From Oopsacas minuta (taxonomy: Eukaryota > Animalia > Porifera): DNA of 64,000 nucleotides. Every line of letters starts with the position of its first letter. The stretch's first letter is position 1. This document shows, in pieces, positions 50,717 through 63,294 of the stretch. The notes under the pieces were generated by a model, which worked only from the letters and a program-made list of their open reading frames with translations, was not told where the DNA came from and made no database searches. The DNA is taken from the NCBI GenBank assembly GCA_024704765.1, contig JAKMXF010000328.1:62001-126000 (forward strand). Direction: 5' to 3'. Position numbers and translations under genes: made by a program.

Positions 50717-53349
50717 CAGGGTGTAACAAAAGTGTTGATACCCTAGATAATTCATTAAAACTTATATATTTGAGAGATTCGAAATATTATCGGTTTATAT
50801 ATGAACCATTTTGTTCTAATACGATTCTTATACGTTCCGGCATGCTAGCTAATAAATTCTCTGAAATACTTAGGTTAATGTCTCTCCGTCCTAATTTTGG
50901 TGTTTCTATTCGCTGTTCCTTCTTTGTGATTTTGCCCTCTTCAGTAACCTTCTCTTTTACTATTCCCCAAAGGTTATCAATAGGATTTAAATCAGGGGAG
51001 ATTCCAGGCCATTCAATGTTACGCCAGAAAGCATTTAAATGATCTTGACACCACTTCTGCGTTGCATTCGCTGTGTATGCCGGAGCACCACTTGCATGAA
51101 GATGAATTCGGACTTCTTTTCCAACATTGACCGCTTCAAAACAGATCCATTATTTCGACAACGGTGAACTGCCTCCATACAAGTCGTGGCCAAAATTTGA
51201 TTAATGTAGTAGGCACTATTTATAGATTAACCTTGCGGGATTATATGCAGTTCTGAAAGTTCCTGATGTGGCATCATACCCACACATGAATCTTTCCTGG
51301 AAACTAAACTGAAAATCCCGAAGGAACATATTGCTTATTCTTTGGCCAAACCCAATTATTTTGTTTGTTTGGCGTTGCAAAGAGCTGGAAGGGAGACTCG
51401 CTGACCAAAGAACTTTTTCCAGTAGTTAACTGCCCAATTTTGATGCTTCCGAGCAATGCTCAGGCCATCTTGGATGTTCTTTTGGGATAATCGAGGTATT
51501 TCTTCCCTTTTGAAATACCTAACACCCACCGATTAGATCAAATGACGATGCACACACATATGAGATACAGGATTGCCTCTATTCTTCAATCTCTGTGCAA
51601 GTTTTTTTATGGATTGCCTGCATTTACCGAGTGACTTGTAAATTAACAATTTTATCCGCTCGTTTCAAAATAGGAGCCTCCCCTGAATGAAGTTTATTCA
51701 CTAATGAACTACCATTTTATACAAACTACTAGACCATCGTTTCACCGAAGAGATAGACATTCAAGTCTTAGGTCACTTTCTTTTGTGTGAGCCCTGTACC
51801 TAGCATGCCTATAGCTCGAGAACGAAGCAAGATTCCATGATCATGGACATTCATTAATACGAAATAATGTAACAATGCTAAAATTGGGAAAAAAAAATCA
51901 AATGTTACAGGGTGGCTTTTAAGTTTTGTCCCATGCAAAACTATTATTTATTAATATTTATATATGGCTTGGTGGTAATGATATTTATTGTTCTAATTTA
52001 TGATTCAGAGACAAAACATTTATCGCGAATTTTTTCAATATAGCCTTCATCATTTTGTATTACACGTGTAATTCTATCTGGCAAGGCCTCAATTGCAGCA
52101 CAGAGGGTTTTTTTGGGAATTTTCTTCCGCTCTTGGCCAAATTTCCTCTTCAGTGACTTGATACTTGTGTGAGAGTTATCACCAGCTTTCGTCTCGAGAA
52201 TTGACCACATAGAATTATCCATGGGATGCAGGTCAGGACTGTAAGGAGGCCATTCTTCCTTGGTTATAAACCAGGAAAATTGTCATGTAACCATGACTGG
52301 GTAACATTAGATGTGTGTGCTGGCGCCCCGTCTTGCTCGGAAACAAATGAAGTACCTCCGAACATGTCTCGACCTATATTCTTCAATACTGGCTCCAAAA
52401 CCATTTCTCGATAATTAATTGATTTAATTTTTACTCTTTGTGGTACAAAAACCAATGGTGTCCGGCCCATTTTTGGCCCCCCCCCCTGCCCAAACCATCA
52501 CCGGCTTAGGTTTCTGTATTCGGCTAACATATCTGAACTTCTCGTCGACTTTGGAAGGAGATGATGTAGGTATACGATCATTTTGTATGTTGGTTGCCTC
52601 CTGGATAGTGAATATTTTCTCATCTGAAAATAATATTTTTTCTAGATTTTCAACAGCATACCGACCCAACGCACCTTTGCATCCTGCAACCCTTTTTCCT
52701 TTACCAATTGAGAAAGGAAGTGTACCTTCTCACGCTTGAATGAACCCATCCCTAAATCCCTTTCACAATTTTAGTCATTACACATGTTGATACTTTCAGA
52801 TCTAGAGCCATTTTCCTTATGGAAAGTCTAGGATTTCGGCGAATTCGCTGGGCGATGACTCTCCCCAAGCTGGAGGTGGTTACTGAGCACGGACGGCCTG
52901 ATCTCGCCTTATCTTCAACTCTTCCAGTATCCTTGTATCGCCTAATAGTGCGGTACCAAATTTCCTTTTGTTTAGAGAGAGTTTCAGGATCTTCAAAATT
53001 TCCCTTGAAGGATGTCCTTTTGCAAATAATTCTACAATTGCCGACCTATCACGTTCCATCACTGATAAAATTGAAATTTCTCTACAATTGTACTCTGAAA
53101 CTGTATATTTATGTTAAATACAGTATAATAAGGTAAACTAATAAGATATATCTAATAGTAGAGACTCAGCTTGGAAAAATTGTTCTTATAAATCATGGGA
53201 CAGAACTTAAAAGCTACCCTGTATAATACAATAAGTAATTACTGTAGTATATAATTTAGAAAAGTATAGGAAACAAATTATGTATGGCTCATTGATATTT
53301 AAGATATTCATAAGAAAATAAAAGGTATCAACACTTTTGTTACACCCTG
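50717..53349 (-). mobile_element. Tc1/mariner element (outer), decayed transposase, host of a nested element
   Basis: TIR CAGGGTGTAACAAAAGTGTTGATACC, TA TSD; WPGISPDLNPIDNLW near 50970-51010. Confidence 0.85.
51908..53221 (-). mobile_element. maT-type (DD37D) element nested in the outer Tc1
   Basis: TIR CAGGGT(G/A)GCTTTTAAGTT(T/C)TGTCCCATG, TA TSD; FSDEK, QDGAPAH...SPDLHPMD, 37 residues counted across a frameshift. Confidence 0.88.
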
Positions 53350-56044
53350 TAGTCAAGAAATACAAGGAGTCACTCGGTATGATTTATTCTTAATTCTGTG
53401 ATCAGATTTTCACATTCAGACCGTTGCTAGGGAGTTCGAAATGTTTTTCTCAAAATATAGTCAATATATATATATATATATCTAATTTTCAGAAATTTGA
53501 TGCTGAGCACGAATGTGACAAAGATGATGATCTGCAATCATTTGAAAAGGATTATCCTCAGTTTTTACAACCGGTGATGTTTCGAGTGTTGTGTTAACGA
53601 CAGGATCGTAAAATCTCACTTTCTGATTGTCCCATTTCGGTATATTTTAGTATGTTACTCCCAAGACATGATACTATGAAAAATGCAATAAACAATTTCG
53701 GCAAATTTTTAGGTCGGAACTTTTTCCTTCTTATTTTGACCAGGCTAATACTTGAAGAACTCGTTTAAAAACTAAAAGATCAAATCTTCTGTAATGTATT
53801 GGAATGATGTAGAGACATGCACGACATATTTTGGAGATGACCATAGACTGTTGAGGTGATGAGATTTGTTTGAGAGGCCAAATCTGTTTCAATATGTTAT
53901 ATCTTCGTCCATCCATTGGTTCACGACTGTTTTAGAGCTCCCAATGAACAAATTGAAGCCTAGAAACCTCTGGCCAAGGAAAATAGTCATCATCAGATTC
54001 AGAATCGTACATGTTATCAATGCCCTGTTGCATCTGGCTTTCAGCAGATGCAATATGAGATCAGTTATCAGAACTATTGTGAATAACCTCCGAGATGTTG
54101 CAGTCGGTTGAACGCAGAATATCATTACAAACTGATTCAAGTTGTCGTATATGACATAGAGTTACATAAGGTAATGGGAAACGTTCACCATTATTATACG
54201 AGCAATAGGCAAGCAAATGCTACTGATATGTTTGTATTTACTTCAATCTTACAACTATTGACACTCGGAAGCATAAAAACAAATGTATATTCTTTCAGAT
54301 GCCATGTAGACCATATATTATCAACTGAAATAATAGGAAACTTAATTGTGAATCTTTAACTTCTCCTTCTCTTCTACTCCTGAGTCTAGACTGAGTGAAA
54401 CAGCTTTATTGAGAAGTTCTTCATTCTTGTCTTCTAGAGAGAGTCGGCTGATTTGACCGAGGAGTAAGTTTTAGTAAGAAGGACATCCTGGTAGTATAGT
54501 CTGTACAGCTCCATCTTTAGCTTTGGACGATTGGAAGTTCCTCTAGGTAAGTTCTGTCTCCATTCGGCACTCTGTACGTGGTCTCGTCTTCATCCTCTCT
54601 AAAATGTTTAGAGCACACGTACACAACGTTCAGTTTGTCTATATCATTTTTGTGTAGATCTCATAGGAAAACATATCTCAGCTCATCAGGCTTCTGTGGC
54701 ATCGTAAATTTATTCTGTCTTTCGGATTATAGTTGCTTGTACAACTTGGTGCAAGAACACATGTTGGGCATGACCGTAAGGTAGCTAGTAAGATAGATAA
54801 CGTTTGGGAAAGCGTCAGAAGAGTGTGTGACAAAGAGAACTAGAAATGCCACAAAAGTAATACAATTAGATCTTTTTCAAGACTGTGAAATAATTTTATG
54901 GAGAATATTTATACTTTTAGGGTCATTAATAATTTCATCTTCAAACGCTCCCTGGTGAAGATTTCTCAGGATTATTGTTAGTTACGTCTATTCACGGACT
55001 ACTAATTTCGCCGACTTGACAAAGAGAAACCACAGTCAAAAAGGCATAGGCTGAACAATGTATAACTATAGATATGGTCCATTCTGTATTTTAGTCACTA
55101 GATTTGGTATCTAACAATCTTTGGGTGCTGAATTCAAAAATAACAATTTCAAGGTTCCAAAACTCACTCCCCGCCCTAATTTTGGCAAACAAGCGTAGTC
55201 ATACCCAAAAATCAATCCAATATTTTGTTATAATATGTCATCATACACTAAATTCGCAATATCCTCTCAACTAGGAACGATATTGATTAACCTATGATCA
55301 ATAAATTGTACAACTAAATATATTACTATAATATGGACATTTAGCCCAATTAGGTGATGATGAATTAGCAAAACAATACAATCCACAGTTTTGATTGTAG
55401 AAGCTTGGAATTTTATACCAGCAGAGGCACGGGCTACTAAAATTACCGGACGTGACTATACCATATCACAGTGAAAAATGCATATGCTGAACCATAGCCT
55501 TCTCTATGTAAGGCCTACCATCAACCTCGAATTTTTGGACTAGGGATATGTAGTGTACTGTGAATTATATTAGTATATAGAATGGTTTCATATCGTACCA
55601 AAGGTATTTTATACTTAAGTAGATGTATTACAGATATGTAGAAGATCATGTCACGAAACTAACAAAGCAAAAAATTATCAAAATGTACCAATTTCTTTGC
55701 TTAGTAAGCATTATTTGGAAAATATGGCCCAATTTTTGATGAGCTGCAGAACGTCAAATATCGCATCTTTGATTTCAAGGTTAATGTATGAAATGATGTA
55801 AAGATGCTTTTGTAAATCATATAACAAATTTGTCATAATTAAGTTGGCAGGTTTTTGTGATGCAGTCGTGACCATGGATGGTGATAATTTGTCAATGTGC
55901 ATTTATAAGTAGAAAACCCTCAATGGTGCAACAAAACTCAATATCGCCGATATATAGCATATTCCCGATTTCCCATGCCCTTGTGATATATTTTGATAAT
56001 ACATCTAAAATGATTATTGCATAGTCATCAATAAAGCCCTATAT

Positions 56045-59000
56045 CAGGGGTGGCCAACCTTTTATACTCTGCGGGCCACATTTAGTTATTGGAGAACTCG
56101 GCGGCCTCACTAATCCAAATTCCCCAAATAGGTTTGACGTTTAATATATACAATTTTGGCAGGGGAAATAACTTTTATTGTACTTTAAATTATGTAAGCA
56201 GATTAATGTGACTTTTGAGATTGTTTTTGATAGGCAAGTTTTATAAAGTCTGGTTTTAGCTCTGTCGTGCTCAACCGAGTGATGCTGCCACATGTTCATC
56301 TGTTAGTCTTAATCCTATTTTCCATTTTGTAAGCTTCATCAATGAAAAGGTTTGCTCACATATGTAGGTGCTACCAAAGAGAGAAAACATTCTCTGAGTA
56401 CGTCTCCTTAAGTTTGGATAATGTTCACGTGGAAGTTCTTTGTAGAACGCAAACAAATCCCTTTTATTGATTTGTGTTTGGTAGTCCGCTTTGATAATTG
56501 GTTCGCTTTGAAGGGATAGCAGCTCAAGCTGTAGGTTTGCAGATGCAGTATCAATATCAAATATAATTGGATTGGATATCAAGTCAAACTTAGACTGATA
56601 CCTACGAAAATCCGCGAAGCGTTCTGTAAACTGCTTTATCAGGTGATCAATTGACGGAATGTAGTCCTGTACTCATCGGCAATCTTTTCCCAGAGATTTT
56701 AGTAAAGGGAAATGGGTGATGTCTTCTCGTGCCAGTTGACATTTTTGAAGTTTCAATTTGTTGGTGAGGCATCGACACTGGCAATCATATCTAAGATGTT
56801 CTTTGACTTCCCCTGCAGTTGAGTGTTGAGACTGTTTAGGTGGCTTGCAATGTCATCAAAAGTACCCAACATCTGACATGAACTCCGGATTTGTCAAAAG
56901 GTAATCACGCTCTTTGCTCAACAAGAACTCCCCGATGACATTTCTTAACTCAAAGACACGTTCCAAAACCTTCCCACGTCTAAGCCATCGAACTTCTGTA
57001 TAAAACGGTATGTCGGAATACTAGGCGTTGCACTCTTCCAGGACAATCCTGATTTGTCTGTGTTTGAGAGCATGTGATCGGGTGAAGTTCATGTATTTAA
57101 TCACAAGTGACACGACAACTTCATACCCAATTGCTTTTGGGTACAGGCTTCTTGGGGAATAATGCAGTAATACTTCATTTTTCATGAGATTTAGAAGTCG
57201 AAACTCCACCTATACCGACTTCAACTTGTTCTTTAGCATGCTCAGTCAGTTTTGTCACTGCCCCTACCCTTGTGCCTATCATGGCAGGGGCACCATCAGT
57301 AGTTAGTCCACTCAGTTTTCACCATGCACCACCTAATCGTATTGTATCAAGCCCTTTGATTGTTTCTGCACCAATGTCCCCTCCGGTTGTGGTACTCATA
57401 ATTGAGCGCATTTCTACTAATTCTTCTGTTATTGCAAAGTCATCATTAACTCCACGAACGCAGATCAAAAGCTGCGATGTATCGGAGATATCCGTGCTCT
57501 CATCAAGAGCAACAGAAAATACTCGAACTTCTTGCTAACTATTTTCAGTTATTCTCTACTATCACCTGCTATGTCTACAATTCTCCGAGTGACTGTTAGG
57601 TGGGACAAACTGACATCTTCGAACTTTTGCTTTCCTTCAGGCCAAGTTCCATTGCACATCCTACCATACACTCTTTGACAAATTCGCCATCTGAAAATGG
57701 TTTGCATTTTTCAACGATTTTCTGTGGTACAATGTAGCTGCAAAGCATAGCTTTTTCTCTGTCAATTGTAGCTTAAAAAGTGAATCCTATTGACTTTTCA
57801 GTCCCTTCATTAGTTTATCGAGTCTTTGTTTCCTGGCATCAATATGAAGCTTTTCAAATTCATCTTTATGCATTGTGTCCTACAGTTTGGATACATTACT
57901 GACTTTCATTACAATTCCACTCTGATTATCCATAAGACAGATCGGCTTTCCTTTCTCTTCTATGAAAAGTACTGTAATATCCACTCTTGTTTAAAAGTTC
58001 TACCTTCATCAGTAACTTACCTATTCTTTACGGGCCCTGATGCCATTCTTTAAGAAATATGTAAGAAAAAAGACTAATAATAATAATAATAAATAAGAAT
58101 TACTTTCATTTTTCTGGAATGAATCCCTGTTGTATACCTAGAATTACGGACATGCCTCATTTACGGAACTTTCCGTTCCGTTCCGTAAATTAGGTATGTC
58201 CAGAATTGCCATCATATTGCTAATAAGAAATCCCTGCTGATAACATCCTATTCTTGTAGGATTTCAAATTTTTAAAGAATGACAAATACAGGGTGTCTCA
58301 AAATTACTGCGGTGTTGTAAAATACTCAATAACTTTAGAATTAATACACTTTGATAAAGTTCTATTTGCCAATATATTCCCCTGACAATTCTATACATTT
58401 CTGAACGCGCATTGGCATCCCTAAGTACAATCTTTCTATAATATCAGGGTCGATTGATGCCCAAGCATTTTTTAGCATCTTTTCCAAATCATTAACGTTG
58501 ACAGCAGGCTTCATCTTGTCAATCCTATCTTGAACGATTGACCAAATATTCTCAATTGGGTTGAGATCCGGAGAGTTGCCTGGCCACTTCTGTTTCTCCC
58601 AGAACCCAGGTAAGTTCTGTCTGCACCAGTCTTGAGTCATTCTAGCTGTATGAGCCGGAGCTCCATCCTGCATAGATATCGCTTTGGACATGTCTGGTAT
58701 CATTTTCCTTTCTAAGATCCCTCTATTTTCATCTGTTCTACGCAACGCTTGAATACATGGCCCTTCTAGAATCTCATCTACATAATATTTCGCATTAATT
58801 GTCTCTTTTTGAGGCAATATATGGAGTTTAGAAAGCGCTTGATAGCTCACCATACCCCAAACCATCACTTTTGCGGGAAATTTAACAGTTTGGCGGGGAG
58901 TTACTTGTGTACCGTCTCTTGCCCATATTCGATCGTTCTGTGGATTCGATGGGTGAAATAACTCATAGGGAGATTCGTCTGACCAGAGTACACGTTTCCA

Positions 59001-59914
59001 ATCATCCACTGTCCAATTCACCTTATCCATACAGAAGCTTAGTCTGTTTTTCTTATGAAATTCTGTTAGTAAGGGGGTTTTTGGTCTTTTATAAGGGTGA
59101 ACTTTAAATCCTTGAGCAAATATCGGTATGCAGTGTCCTTTGAAACTGTATTTCCCATGTTTGTAAGTTTCTTAGCCCTAGATCTTGTCGACTTGTGTCT
59201 CTTGCCCAATGATTTCGCAATAACAATCTTTGAGACTCTGGATAACATTTTCGGACGTCCAGCACCCCTCTTATGTTGTAGGCTTTTATGTGCTTTATGT
59301 TTGTACCACCATCTTTGTATGGTTGAAACATCTTTTCCAAGAGAGAGAGCAACGGTCTTTTGTGTTTTTCCACTAAGCAGCATTCCAATGGCCCTGTTAC
59401 GGACTTCAACTTTCTCCAAACGCATATTCATCTGCTAATAATTCGCCAATACTCTAAGCTAAACTCAAAATTCCAAAAATAACTACAACCATCTATGGTA
59501 TAATGCATATTAATAGTTACTAAGGTTGGCTTATAAAATTCGCACTAGTAAATTGAACCTGTATCCGATTACACTCTTCTTATTTCATTATAGTTGATCT
59601 AATACAGCACCGGAATAATTTTGAGACACCCTGTAGTATAATATTACTAAAATGACAAATAATATCAATCTGGATCCATTAGCATAAATGTAGATTTTTG
59701 AATCCAGATTGTTATCATTTGTCCCTACCATTATTTATCATTTACATATTAATCGAGTTTTAATAGGATGTTTCTTCAAAATTTGAATTCAAAATGGGGT
59801 GTTATTAGCAATATGATCAGAATTATGAGGGTCCATTGTACATATTACTCATTCTCATTTTGAGCCCCTGCTGGCCACTAAGGTGGATTGTGGGCTGCAA
59901 GTTGGCCACGCGTG
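56045..59914 (-). mobile_element. hAT (SPIN/GTF2IRD2-like) transposon, decayed, with a nested Tc1
   Basis: CAGGGGTGGCCAAC / GTTGGCCACGCGTG; TSD ccctatat / ctctatat; remnants ALDESTDISDTSQL, EVRWLRRG, SLFGSTYICEQTFSLMK in 56271-58050. Confidence 0.85.
58289..59633 (-). mobile_element. Tc1-like element (DD37E) nested in the hAT
   Basis: ~31-bp TIR CAGGGTGTCTCAAAATTA(C/T)T(G/C)CGGTG, TA TSD; WSDES, QDGAPAH...SPDLNPIE (37 residues); one frameshift between 59066-59431 and 58362-59030. Confidence 0.92.
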
Positions 59915-61159
59915 CTCTATATGGTAATATTCAGGTTACATAACTATGAAATCCTTGATGCGATATTTGACGTTCCATTCCACAGCTCATCAAAGATTGG
60001 GCCGTATTCTCCAAATAATGCTTGCTAAGCATAGAAATTGGTACATTTTGATAATTTTTTGCTTTGTTAGTTTCGTGACATGATCTTCTACATATCTGTA
60101 ATATATTTACTTAGGTATAAAATACATTTTGTACGATATGAAACCATTCTGTATACTAATATAATTCACAGTACACTACATATCCCTAGTCCAAAAATTC
60201 GAGGTTGATGGTAGGCCTTATATAGGGAAGGCTATGGTTCAGCATATGCATTTCTCACTGTGATATGACATTGTCACGTCTGGTAATTTTCGCGGCCGTG
60301 CCTCTCGTGGTATTAATATTCCAAGCTTGTACAATCAATACTATGAATTAGTATTTTTTGCTAATTCATCATCACCAAATTGGGTTGAAATGTACATATT
60401 ATAGTAATATAGATTTTTCTGAACAATTTATTAATCATAGGTTCATCAATATGGTTCCTAGTTGACAGGATATTCCGTATTTAGTGTTTGATGAGTTAAT
60501 AGCACAAAATTATGGAATTGACCATTTTTGTGTGTGATTACGCCTTTTTGCCAAAATTAGGGCGGACTGTGAGTTTTTGAACCTTGAAATTGTCATTTTT
60601 TAATTCAGCACCCAAAGATTGTGTTAGATGCCAATTTTAGTTCCTAAAACTACAGAATCGACCATATTCTTTCGTCATTCAATTTCAGCCTATGCATTTT
60701 CACTGTCGTTGTCTTTGTCACGTCGGGTAATTTAGTATACCGTGGTCTATCCTAGGCCTGCATATTTCAAACACAGCGGTTAATGATGTTTTAAATGGAA
60801 TCCTTACCATCGGGTAACCCATCCCTGGTCCAAAATCCATATTGTACTGTTAAGCCTTATGTAGAGTAGGTTATGATACTTCTTATTAATTCTAGTTTTT
60901 TGAATTTAGTATCTTTTCATATGACAACATATTTGCACATACGATAACTAGTTTTCGGGTTTGGCATTTAAATCATACAGGCTTCATTAGATCTCAGAAA
61001 GACGTGCCTCCTTTGACTCAATCAATAGTACATAGTAACCGAAGTGCTTCAAATCCGAATATTCCTCCTGAACAATTTTTCAAGAATAGAAATCCGTTTA
61101 AGTGAAATGTAGTAGCCATGCTCAAGTGCTCAACTGTACTATTGTTTCTAATTACAGTG

Positions 61160-62520
61160 CACAGTGGCTCTAAATGGCTATCCGTAGGCTTTAGGGTCTT
61201 GGGTACATTTAAAGTGCATAAAATGTAGTTTGTTTCTATGGGTTATTGCATATAACTAGTTGATTGAGAGGAAAAATATTTTTGGTATGGCTTCTATTTT
61301 TTGAGTTATGATGACGTAATCACAATTTGCAGAAAACATATAAACCAGCGTAAATCTATTTAGGTTGGAGTTAGGGTTATATAATATATTATTTACTAAT
61401 GGATTAATCGCTATTTAAAGCAGATTGAACTGATTGAGCATTGTATATGGCTTTTGTTTTTCTTATGATGACGTAAGCAAATTTTATAGTTACTTTCTGG
61501 AAATATCTGTGTTATTCGAGTTATTTAGATATGTGTTCACACTAAATTTATCTACCAAGGGATAAAGTGTTTAGATTATCAACCAACGTTCATTTTGCTG
61601 TATTATTACTGCAATAGCAATTTTATCGAAGAAAAGAATATAATTGAAATTTTAAATTTGTCAGTAACATGACCGTTTTGCGTGTTCTTAATAACCAACG
61701 GTTAATTTTTCCTTAAATTTTATTTTACTATTGTAGTCTTACTGCGCTCCCAATGTTTCGTCCTGTAATGGACTGCTCAGTTGTCTCGCCTTTTCCGCAA
61801 TACACATCAGATGGATCAGTGTTAATTAACGTTTACTCCTTTGCGAGTCGCTTTTCCATTATCTGGGCTCTCCATAATTGGATTGCGTAGCCTGAATAGC
61901 TTCGGACAGAGGTCCCACAAAGTTCGATGTACCTGCCTTTGAGCGCTTCGAAAACTATTTGTATGGAAGTTGAAGAATGAAGGCGAGACGTTACTCAAAT
62001 ATTTAACGAATTAAATAATATGTCTTAATCGTTAGTCTGGTGAAGCAAATTTGTGCTTTTCAGCCTGCCTGTATGTCCGATTCCTCTACATTGCTTACAC
62101 TCAAGGACATTACTAAACCTATCAGAACTGGACTGATATTACGCTTACTGGCAGTATCACGTCAAGAAATTCAATTCGTTGATTCTTCTCCGAATTTAGG
62201 AGAATTCGCCATCTGAAAGATCAAATATCTGTATGAGGGAATCGACAACTGTTCTGATTGATGGTTGAGATAGAAAAAATCAAGTGCATCATGGTTGTTC
62301 ATTTAGAATTTGAAATAATTGCTAGAAATTTCGTAGATAAAGTAGTTTATTATGAATTGCTTGAATTCTGAAATTCTTAAATTAACTGGTCGCTCATTTT
62401 AAAATGCTTGGTGTTCATTTGGAGGATGTTGTGGGAGGCCGGATTTAGTTCAAATTATAGATAATATTTTAACAAATCACCCTAAAACTTGAAATTACCT
62501 GGCCATAACTAGCCACTGTG
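61160..62520. mobile_element. Putative non-autonomous Transib/RAG1L-type element C
   Basis: Both ends read CACAGTGGCT....ATGGC...TTTAGGG; left end matches the long TIR of A/B (TAGG at +26 to +29) and has ATGACGTAAT at +151; TSD does not match (cagtg/agttt); no transposase ORF. Confidence 0.5.
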
Positions 62521-62964
62521 AGTTTGAGGTGTAATTAGACCAAGGTAATATGTGTCCAGACACATTATGTAACGTCAAAATTATCTGAACCATGGAGGAA
62601 ATATTCAAAGTGAAATGCTTAGCTCTTATCATAATTGTGAAGAGTATATTCTGGACCAATAATAGGTTAAAACTTTGAGCTGTCATTCTCATGAGTATCT
62701 TTTGATAGCGAGAATTATATGCCTATGTATAAATATATAATAGAGGTGAATAATGAATTCAATTATAGCTATCCACTAAGAATGACATTTGATTAAAAAG
62801 TAATAGGAAATTTTTCAAGAAAATTATGATTCCCAGGTTTCAGACTATGCTGAATTTAATGATAAATTTTCGAAAGCTTATGGGATGATGAAAAGTTGCC
62901 CTAAAGCCTATGTTGAAACCACTGTGTGGTGTTTGTTATCTATTTATCCCTATTTTTTATTTAG

Positions 62965-63294
62965 TTGACTTCAATTTCCTGGCATCCTACTGCTGAGAAT
63001 ATTATTGCTTCCGTATGTCATGACTTCACTGTTATTTTTTGGAGGATTGATACTGGAAAGATGATATTTACTGCCCAACACACAGATTATATCTTTTCTT
63101 TTGCTTGGAATTTCGATGGTAGTTTATTTGCGACTGCTTGTAAAGATAAGTTCATTCGTTGCTGGGATGCTCATAAGCGAAAGCAATTATGGGAAACCCA
63201 AGGTCTCAAGGGAACTATGGGTTCGAAATTGTGTTTTAGTGGCTCTTTAAACTACGTCATTTCGACTGGATTCTCTAGAGATCGACTAAGAGAG
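62965..63294 (+). CDS. CORO: Coronin, coding exon 2 (gene continues beyond the window)
   Basis: LTSISWHPTAENIIAS...HTDYIFSFAWNFDGSLFATACKDKFIR...STGFSR WD40 repeats; probable donor GAG|GTTGGT after 110 codons. Confidence 0.85.

Larger units (their letters stand above)
54992..60745. mobile_element. Second foldback-type element, ~790-bp diverged inverted arms, hAT inserted in its spacer
   Basis: Arms 54992-55776 and 59948-60745; termini (t/c)CACGG...CCGTGG; 5-bp TSD TCTAT (54987-54991, 60746-60750). Confidence 0.78.
43274..62964 (+). other. Inferred 19,691-bp coronin intron 1, transposon-filled
   Basis: GT at 43274, polypyrimidine tract + TTTAG ending 62964; phase-0 join gives PKK|LTSISWHPTAEN, collinear with coronin (cf. 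KRVGIVAWHPTAQN). Confidence 0.75.
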
